Of a stretch of 12,511 nt of DNA, positions 1 through 5,889 are shown one piece after another. The DNA lies in NCBI GenBank assembly GCA_043819795.1, contig JBDREN010000035.1, forward strand, positions 1-12,511, in the 5' to 3' direction. The translations under genes were made by a program, and so were the position numbers. The notes below the pieces were generated by a model. It was given only the letters and a program-made list of their open reading frames with translations. It searched no databases and was not told where the DNA came from. Source of the DNA: Elusimicrobiota bacterium (lineage in GTDB: Bacteria > Elusimicrobiota > Elusimicrobia > UBA1565). How positions within the stretch are numbered: the first letter of the stretch is position 1; every line of letters starts with the position of its first letter.

Positions 1-1
1 A

Positions 2-2008
2 ATTGGGGATCCATCCGCCCATAGACTCGCACAGAGTCCTTGCTTGCCCGCATGTGGATGCCTGATTCGTTCCTCTCACCTCGGAATCGAAAATATACGT
101 CTCACCGCCGACCTCCAGCTCGATGCAGCCCTGCGGGCCATTGCACTGGGGGCTCGGGTCCGCGAGCGCCGTCACGTCGCCGCACGTGCCGCCCTGGCAC
201 TGCACCCTGGTCTTGAACGTGAACGCCTGGCCCTGCGTGACGGATATCGGCCCTGCCGGGACGACGAGGGAGCCCACCAGGAGCTCACAAGCGTCTCCCA
301 CGCCGTCTCCGTCCGAGTCCGCCTGGCCCGGGTTGGCGTGGTTGGGACAATTGTCGCAGACGTCCCCCAACCCGTCGTTGTCCGGGTCCGCCTGATTGGC
401 GTTGGAGTCGGACGGACAGTTGTCGCACGCGTCGCCCGCCCCGTCCGAATCCCCATCTTCCTGCCCGGGATTGGACGCGTTGGCGCAGTTGTCCAGGTTG
501 TCCTCGTATTCGTCCGAGTCGGCGTCCGCGGACTGGTTGCAGGCGTCCCCGATCCCGCTGCCGTCGGTGTCCTCCTGGCCGGGATCGTAGTCCTGCGGGC
601 AGATGTCGGCGTCCGCACAGACGGTGTCGATGTCCGGATCGTCGCAATAGATCGTTATTTCCACCTTCGATGTGGGATTATCTCCGCCCGCGGCCGACTG
701 GTAGAACGTGAAGAACTCGTGGGTCTCCCCCTGGGGACCCGTGGGGATCACGGTCCATGTCTGGCTGCACGACTGTCCGGCCTGCATGTTGCCCAAGCAG
801 GGCACGTCGGCCTTCGCCTGCGGGTTCGGCGAGGTCGTATAGAAGGGCTCGGCGCCGACCGCTGTCGGTATCACGCCCTTTGAAAGAACCTCGACAAGGG
901 TTATGGTGATCTTGCCCTGCCCGTTGTTCACCGCGGCCGTGTTGTCCGGAGCGGTTCCCCCGTTGTGGGAGCCCGCGCCCCCTCCGCCTCCGTTGCACGA
1001 GCTACCGCCGCCACCGCCGCCGCTGTAGCCGCCGCCGCCACTGCCTCCTCCATTGCCGCTGCCGCAATTCCATGCATGGGAGATCCCGCCGCCGCCGCCG
1101 CCGAATCCTCCGGTATCCTGCCCGCCCGCGCCGCCGTTGACGAACGCCTTGCCGGGATTGGTCTGGGTACCGTCTCCGACGCCATCACCGAGCAAACCTC
1201 CGCCGCCGCCGGAATTGTTGTACGTACCGCCGTACGACGAACTGCTCTCACCGCCGTTCCCGCCGCACCCGCCGGCGCCCGCACTCCCGGCTTTTCCAGA
1301 CGTGCCGCAGGCAGACGTAACGCCTCCATCCGGTGTATGAGAGCCGGGACCACTGTGACCGGCCCCGCCGCCGCCCCCGGCGATGACAAGGGGAGTATTG
1401 TCCGACTTCACCACAAAACTCCCCCCGCCACCCCCGGAACCGAATCCCTTGAATAAGCCTTCTTGGCCGACCAATATCTTCAGCACCTCATTGCGATCCA
1501 AGGTAAAGGTCCCTTTCATTCTCGCGCCCTTGCCGCCGCCATTACCGCCTTGAGCGCCCCATGCCTCGATCGTGTAGATCGCGTTTGCCGGCGCGGTCCA
1601 CCGCTGAATCCCGCCGGCCACGGCCACCTGTCCGGCCAACGTTGTCCCTGAATACGTGGAATCACATTGCGCCTGTGACGGCCCGTCCGGCCCCGTCTTC
1701 CCGCAGTTCGTGAAGTCGTACACCTCGGGACTTTGCGGATCCAACGTGGCCGTCACATCGCCGCATGCGCCTCCATTACAGTCCACCTTCGTCGTGACCG
1801 TGAACGGCTGGCCCTGCGTGACCGTGGTCGGGGCAGTCGGGGTGACGAGGGAGCCTGTCACGCTCTGGCCTCGTGCCGGCGCAGCTGACGCGCATAACAC
1901 GGCGCAGACCATCGCGCCCAGCCCCGGCAGCGTACGCCGGCTTGCCGCCAAGCCGCCACGGGATTCCACGATAGCCTTCAAGCCGCTAATGGAAATCAGA
2001 GCTTTCAT
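2..2008 (-). CDS. Large secreted/surface protein (3' end outside window): signal peptide, split carrier module, ALK/LTK-like glycine-rich domain, thrombospondin type-3 repeats, second carrier module
   Basis: Not in the ORF track because its stop lies outside the window. ATG at 2008 with GGAGG 7 nt upstream. Hand translation: MKALISISGLKAIVESRGGLAASRRTLPGLGAMVCAVLCASAAPARG (signal-peptide-like) QSVTGSLVTPTAPTTVTQGQPFTVTTKVDCNGGACGDVTATLDP...FTNCGKTGPDGPSQAQC...GGGGGSFV...KITIT...DNCPSDSNANQADPDNDGLGDVC...ARTLCESMGGWIPN. The same frame stays open to base 2. Confidence 0.92.
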   Translation of the reverse strand, partial: MKALISISGLKAIVESRGGLAASRRTLPGLGAMVCAVLCASAAPARGQSVTGSLVTPTAPTTVTQGQPFTVTTKVDCNGGACGDVTATLDPQSPEVYDFTNCGKTGPDGPSQAQCDSTYSGTTLAGQVAVAGGIQRWTAPANAIYTIEAWGAQGGNGGGKGARMKGTFTLDRNEVLKILVGQEGLFKGFGSGGGGGSFVVKSDNTPLVIAGGGGGAGHSGPGSHTPDGGVTSACGTSGKAGSAGAGGCGGNGGESSSSYGGTYNNSGGGGGLLGDGVGDGTQTNPGKAFVNGGAGGQDTGGFGGGGGGISHAWNCGSGNGGGSGGGGYSGGGGGGSSCNGGGGGAGSHNGGTAPDNTAAVNNGQGKITITLVEVLSKGVIPTAVGAEPFYTTSPNPQAKADVPCLGNMQAGQSCSQTWTVIPTGPQGETHEFFTFYQSAAGGDNPTSKVEITIYCDDPDIDTVCADADICPQDYDPGQEDTDGSGIGDACNQSADADSDEYEDNLDNCANASNPGQEDGDSDGAGDACDNCPSDSNANQADPDNDGLGDVCDNCPNHANPGQADSDGDGVGDACELLVGSLVVPAGPISVTQGQAFTFKTRVQCQGGTCGDVTALADPSPQCNGPQGCIELEVGGETYIFDSEVRGTNQASTCGQARTLCESMGGWIPN
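155..274 (-). repeat. Intragenic 120-bp repeat, copy 2 (N-half of carrier module)
   Basis: Encodes GSLVVPAGPISVTQGQAFTFKTRVQCQGGTCGDVTALADP; aligns without gaps to 1736-1855. Confidence 0.85.
287..646 (-). repeat. Thrombospondin type-3 (Ca2+-binding) protein repeats
   Basis: Translation DICPQDYDPGQEDTDGSGIGDAC / DNCANASNPGQEDGDSDGAGDAC / DNCPSDSNANQADPDNDGLGDVC / DNCPNHANPGQADSDGDGVGDAC matches the TSP3 consensus DNCPxxxNxxQxDxDxDGxGDAC. Confidence 0.92.
899..1726 (-). other. ALK/LTK-type glycine-rich (TNF-like/poly-Gly) domain
   Basis: FTNCGKTGPDGPSQAQCDSTY, GIQRWTAPANAIYTIEAWGAQGG, GARMKGTFTLDRNEVLKILVGQEG, GGGGGSFVV, PLVIAGGGGGAG, GGFGGGGG, GGGGYSGGGGG and GQGKITIT follow the motif order I recall for the ALK/LTK extracellular Gly-rich domain. 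Confidence 0.85.
1736..1855 (-). repeat. Intragenic 120-bp repeat, copy 1 (N-half of carrier module)
   Basis: Encodes GSLVTPTAPTTVTQGQPFTVTTKVDCNGGACGDVTATLDP; homologous to 155-274. Confidence 0.85.
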
Positions 2009-2099
2009 ACCTGATCCTCCGAGACTCCGGATTCGCACGGACCTCGCAAATTCGCATACCCCACTATGATCATGCCCTAATACCGTAACTGAAATCCGC

Positions 2100-2126
2100 T
2101 GACAAATCAATGACAGGGCGCTGACA
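2100..2126 (-). promoter_or_regulatory. Three tandem TGTCA repeats with 11-bp period (OmpR/PhoB-type operator-like array)
   Basis: Plus-strand TGACA at 2100, 2111 and 2122; minus strand reads TGTCAgcgcccTGTCAttgattTGTCA. Lies in an AT-rich stretch about 90 nt upstream of the ATG at 2008. Confidence 0.5.
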
Positions 2127-2368
2127 TTTGTATAGAAATAACGCTGATTTTATAGACATTTTATTTTTTCTACCAAAACTCTCCTATTTGGTTCATGGGA
2201 CTGCGCGGCCAGAGTGGTTCGGGGCCCTCCTCTAGCGCATATGCGTCGGGGAACCCGGAGCGGCGGAGCCTCTTCGCGGATCGTACGCGCGCATAGGCGC
2301 CCCTCGACCAGGAGGCGGCATCGGGTCCTCCCACGACCTGTAGGAGAAATCAAGGTGTTTGGGGCCCT

Positions 2369-2492
2369 TCGCCTTCATGCCCTTCCCCGGGAGATACTCT
2401 ACGCCCTGCCGGGTACCCGTCAATGGTCGGATATAGGGGAATGTCGCGTAGACCGTGGGCCGCGGGGCCGTGCGGTTTGGGGAAGGTACCTC
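2369..2492 (-). repeat. Duplicated promoter/RBS-like block, copy X (partner 3092-3209)
   Basis: Near-identical core GGGAGATACTCTACG(C/G)CCTGCCGGGTACCCGTCAA. Minus strand gives TTGACG-N16-TAGAGT, then GGGGAAGG and ATG at 2378. Confidence 0.85.
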
Positions 2493-2652
2493 TTGTCCGT
2501 CTCGAGCACGAGATCGGCGAGGGCCATCGAGAAGTCCGTGTCGTGCGCGTCGGTCACGTCTTTCATCACCCTGTTGATGGCCGTAAACGCCACCGAAGCC
2601 AGGTACGGACGGCGGGCGGGGGAATGGCAGTCCGCTCGGAGGGCCTTCAGCA
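2493..2652 (-). pseudogene. Duplicated 3' fragment of the degenerate Hsp90-like gene (copy of 3320-3479)
   Basis: Ungapped 160-bp alignment to 3320-3479 with 7 substitutions; encodes LKALRADCHSPARRPYLASVAFTAINRVMKDVTDAHDTDFSMALADLVLETDK; lacks the parent's 5' part and stop codon. Confidence 0.9.
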
Positions 2653-2764
2653 CCCCGACCCCCAGCGATCGAGTTCGGCCACGCGGGCCCAGCGCCCGCG
2701 TCTCGGCTTGGATGAATGGTCCGGCCAGCCGACCCTCGCGCCCCTGGAATCTCCCAGAGACCGG

Positions 2765-3055
2765 CTAGCGGGCGGTTGCGGAACGCCGCCTCTCCACTAT
2801 TCTGCGGATCCCCCAAAGCAGCGCCAGATAGAGCAGCGCCGCCGGGCAGTAGAGCACCAGCTCGAGCGGCCACAGGTTGTGCTCGGACGGCCACGCGGTG
2901 ACTGCGGACAGCGCCCAAACGGCCAACACGATCGCCGGAAGGAGCGCCGCCCCGCGCCACATCCCGCGCCAACGTCGTGCCCATCGCGCAGACAGATACA
3001 ACGCCGCGACGAACATCGCCGCGACGAGCGGCACCAGCAGTGTCGTTACGTGCAT
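2765..3055 (-). CDS. Small integral membrane protein (about 3 TM helices, HNLWP motif)
   Basis: 96 aa with three hydrophobic segments, an Arg/Trp-rich loop after the first (RWARRWRGMWR), an SEHNLWPLE loop and a basic C-terminal tail consistent with the positive-inside rule. Confidence 0.8.
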   Translation of the reverse strand: MHVTTLLVPLVAAMFVAALYLSARWARRWRGMWRGAALLPAIVLAVWALSAVTAWPSEHNLWPLELVLYCPAALLYLALLWGIRRIVERRRSATAR

Positions 3056-3062
3056 TCCCGAG

Positions 3063-3071
3063 ATTCTATCA
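3063..3071 (-). promoter_or_regulatory. Extended -10 element (TGaTAGAAT), possible leaderless promoter
   Basis: Minus strand reads TGATAGAAT-ctcggga-ATG(3055): -10 hexamer 7 nt before the start codon, no clear Shine-Dalgarno. Confidence 0.45.
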
Positions 3072-3091
3072 CTTTCCCGAGCCGCCCGACG

Positions 3092-3209
3092 TCGCCTGCA
3101 CGGCCTTCCCCCGGGAGATACTCTACGGCCTGCCGGGTACCCGTCAAGGGCCGGATATGGAGGAATGTCACGCAGACCTCAGGGCCGTGCGGTTCGGGGC
3201 GGGTACCTC
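3092..3209 (-). repeat. Duplicated promoter/RBS-like block, copy X' (partner 2369-2492)
   Basis: Same TTGACG-N16-TAGAGT and GGGGAAGG as copy X, here followed by GTG and only 10 codons before TGA. Confidence 0.85.
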
Positions 3210-3312
3210 AAGCCCGAGCGATATCAGAGACATAGCCGAGCCCGCGGGCGCTCAGGCTGCCGCCCGGTCCCCCGGCCCTTGAGGGACGATTTGAGGGTTT
3301 AGGGATGGGGGT

Positions 3313-5889
3313 CTACTGTTTGTCCGTCTCGAGCACGAGATCGGCGAGCGCCATCGAGAAGTCCGTGTCGTGCGCGTCGGTCACGTCTTTCATCACCCTA
3401 TTGATGGCCGTAAACGCCACCGACGCCAGGTACGGAAGGCGGGCGGAGGAATGGTAGTCCGCTTGGAGGGCCTTCAGCAGGGGATGCTCCGCGTTGAGCT
3501 CGCAGCCCCGGTCCGGCGTGAGGCGGATCAGCTTGCCCGAACCTTCGTCGACGAGGCTGATCCTGTCGATCATCTCGTCCGCTAGCGGGCACGCGCCCCG
3601 CTTCTTCAGCGCCCGCAGCCAGGCCTTAAGGTCCCCCGCCCGGTCCATGACGAGGTTCTCGCCCGGGGCGCCGGGCGTCGACCAGGCGGGACGCGCGGCC
3701 GGGTGTTGCGGGGTCTCGCGACCTTCCGGCGCCGCCGGCCCGAGCGCGATGAGCTCCGGCGGCTTCGATTCGTCCGCGCTCGGCGGCGGTTTCGACGGTT
3801 CCGGCACGGGAGCCTTCGGGGCCGGTTTCGGGGGCTTGCGCGCCGGGGAGATGGAAATCGGCCTCGCGACCGGCCGCGCCGGCTTTGGAGGCGAGGCGAT
3901 GCTCGCCAATGGAGAGCCCTCGAAAAGACGCTTCATGTGGTCAGGATACCCCAGGAAGAGCTTTTGGATGAGTTCCGGGTGCGGGCTCGGAAGGAGCGTC
4001 GTCTTCCGGCCATGGGCGGCTCGCTCGGTCAGGTCGCGGACGGAGAGCATCGTCCCGTCCTGGGCCCGGAGCAGCGCGAGGTCCGCGATCCAGGCGTGCC
4101 GGGGCGCGGTCCGCTCGCGTCCGCCCCAGGAGCCGGCCAGGAAGTCGAGGAGGTGCTCGCGGATCATGGCCTGGCGAGGGCCCGCGTCCCCCGGATCATA
4201 GGCTCGCGCGAGGTCCTCGTAAAGGCCGGGGGCGGCGGCCGTGATGGCCGATAGGCACTCGGCCGCGGCCGCGTCCACGCGGCCGCGCAGCGCCACGGCG
4301 CCGACCGTGGGGTGCAGTACCGCCGCCTCCATGCGCAGGCCCTCCATGGGCCACAAGGAGCGCCCGATGGTGTGCCGCTCGTTGAACCATTGGATCCTTG
4401 TTTGGCGCGGATGGGGGGTCAGGGAGAGCCCGACCTCGCCGAAGATCCGCTCGGCGTGGAACCGCCGTTTCGCGAGCAGGTTCTTCTGCTCGAGCACCGG
4501 CTGGGTGACGGCCGCGCCCCCCATCTCGTCGACGCCCACCTGCTGGACCTGGCTCGGGAAGAAGCGCTCCAGAAACGCTTTGTCCGCGGCGCAGATCGTC
4601 CAGGCCGCGGTGAGGCCGGCGAAGGGGGCCGGGGAGCGTCCTTCGGCGAAGGGTATCCGGGTCAGCCAGCGGCTCTGGTCTTGGAGCTCCCGGAGGGTCA
4701 AGGGCTTGCCCGTCTCATCGAATAGAACGGCCGCGTTCCAGAGGAGCTCCGGGATCCCGGGCGCGTTCTTCGCCATCGCGAAGCGGTGGCGAACGCAGGC
4801 CTCGCGCAGCGCGCCGACGATCAGGGACATCCGGAGCACGCTGTGCTCCGACGACTCCATGCCGCCCGGGTCCTCGAGACCGGCGGTAAGGAAGCTCCCG
4901 ATCCTCTCGCCCAGCGAGCGGCCGCCCCAGGGCATCCAGTGCCGGCGCGCGGAGGGCGCCTTCAGCAGCGCGCCGACGCGGGGCGCCAGGCGCCTCGCCG
5001 AGACGACGGCGTCCTTGAGAAGGGCCTTCGATTCGGACGAGAACGCCTCCATGGCCGCGCGGTACCGGCCGTCCCTGACGATCCCGGCCTGCGAGATGCT
5101 CTTGCGCAGGCCGTCGTCGCGTACGAAGCCCTCGAGCTGCACCCCGGGCAGCTCCGGATGCTCAGTCGTCACCGTGACCCCGTTGATCACGAATTCCAGG
5201 CGGCTGGTCCCGAGCGTCCGGGGAGATAGGCGGACCTCTCCGGCAATGCCGGAGCCCCCCTTCTCGAAGGTCCGCGACAGGACCGCCTCGTTGGGATCGG
5301 CCGGGGGGTTGATGACGCTCCTTTGGAGCCGGATCGGAACCGGGCAATGCCGGCAGAGCTCGCGGAGATGCTCCCGCTCCTTCTGGAACGTGCCTGCTTT
5401 GCCGACCCGCACGTACATCCTCACGTCGAGCCCGAAGCGTTTGCGCAGATTCTCGAGGGGGCGCTGCGGGGCGGGCGACAGGTCCTCCTCCGTGGGGCTC
5501 TTCACGGAGAGGACGTACTCCATGTCGCCCTGCGCGAACATGATGGTGACGCGCTCCGGAAGGATCCGGAGCGCGGACAAAAGGCCGATCGCCAGCTCGC
5601 GGTTGCGGGTCTTCCCGCCGGCGGGGTCCCCCTCGAAGAGATGTCCGTACGGGTCCCGGAAGTCCCGGGGGTCCCAATCGTCGCCGTCGAAGGCCATCTC
5701 GAATCCGGACGCCGAGGTGGAGACCTCGATCGCGCGGGCCCCGCTCGCCACCGCCGCCTGCACCCAGGGCAGCGGGAACATCCCCGGGTCGGGCATCTGG
5801 AAATGTATGAGCTTGTGGAGCGCCCGCTTGCGGTCCACGCGGAAGTGGCCGCTGTCGATAAGGGTCTCGCCGCCGGGACCGGTCGTCAT
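3313..5889 (-). CDS. Catalytically degenerate Hsp90/HtpG-like protein (about 858 aa)
   Basis: Start placed at ATG 5889, forming an ATGA overlap with the upstream stop at 5886-5888 (alternative ATG 5898). N-terminus ALHKLIHFQMPDPGMFPLPWVQAAVASGARAIEV...FDGDDW...ELAIGLLSAL parallels the upstream protein's LVKDLVDQFDEPLNFFRELIQNAIDAGSNRVDV...DDGEGM...KFGIGFVSVF but lacks the key residues. C-terminal CELNAEHPLLKAL resembles the HtpG LE(L/I)NxxHPL motif. Confidence 0.8.
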   Translation of the reverse strand: MTTGPGGETLIDSGHFRVDRKRALHKLIHFQMPDPGMFPLPWVQAAVASGARAIEVSTSASGFEMAFDGDDWDPRDFRDPYGHLFEGDPAGGKTRNRELAIGLLSALRILPERVTIMFAQGDMEYVLSVKSPTEEDLSPAPQRPLENLRKRFGLDVRMYVRVGKAGTFQKEREHLRELCRHCPVPIRLQRSVINPPADPNEAVLSRTFEKGGSGIAGEVRLSPRTLGTSRLEFVINGVTVTTEHPELPGVQLEGFVRDDGLRKSISQAGIVRDGRYRAAMEAFSSESKALLKDAVVSARRLAPRVGALLKAPSARRHWMPWGGRSLGERIGSFLTAGLEDPGGMESSEHSVLRMSLIVGALREACVRHRFAMAKNAPGIPELLWNAAVLFDETGKPLTLRELQDQSRWLTRIPFAEGRSPAPFAGLTAAWTICAADKAFLERFFPSQVQQVGVDEMGGAAVTQPVLEQKNLLAKRRFHAERIFGEVGLSLTPHPRQTRIQWFNERHTIGRSLWPMEGLRMEAAVLHPTVGAVALRGRVDAAAAECLSAITAAAPGLYEDLARAYDPGDAGPRQAMIREHLLDFLAGSWGGRERTAPRHAWIADLALLRAQDGTMLSVRDLTERAAHGRKTTLLPSPHPELIQKLFLGYPDHMKRLFEGSPLASIASPPKPARPVARPISISPARKPPKPAPKAPVPEPSKPPPSADESKPPELIALGPAAPEGRETPQHPAARPAWSTPGAPGENLVMDRAGDLKAWLRALKKRGACPLADEMIDRISLVDEGSGKLIRLTPDRGCELNAEHPLLKALQADYHSSARLPYLASVAFTAINRVMKDVTDAHDTDFSMALADLVLETDKQ

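Noticed and set aside
881..1735. Intein as the explanation for the inserted domain
   Set aside because: No N-terminal Cys/Ser splice residue at the junction, no C-terminal His-Asn, no LAGLIDADG motifs; the insert is a Gly-rich extracellular domain.
2420..2653. 77-aa ORF as an independent functional gene
   Set aside because: It is the duplicated C-terminal fragment reading into block X, with no convincing RBS; treated as a gene fragment.
2369..3209. CRISPR array or integron attC cassette array
   Set aside because: Only two long (~120 bp) diverged copies, no regular repeat-spacer period, no convincing attC RYYYAAC...GTTRRRY ends, and no cas or integrase gene in view.
2493..3479. Diversity-generating retroelement (template repeat/variable repeat pair at a gene's 3' end)
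   Set aside because: The 7 mismatches are not confined to adenines of one copy on either strand (minus strand, gene vs copy: A/G, A/G, T/C, T/G, G/T, T/C, G/C), and no reverse transcriptase is encoded in the window.
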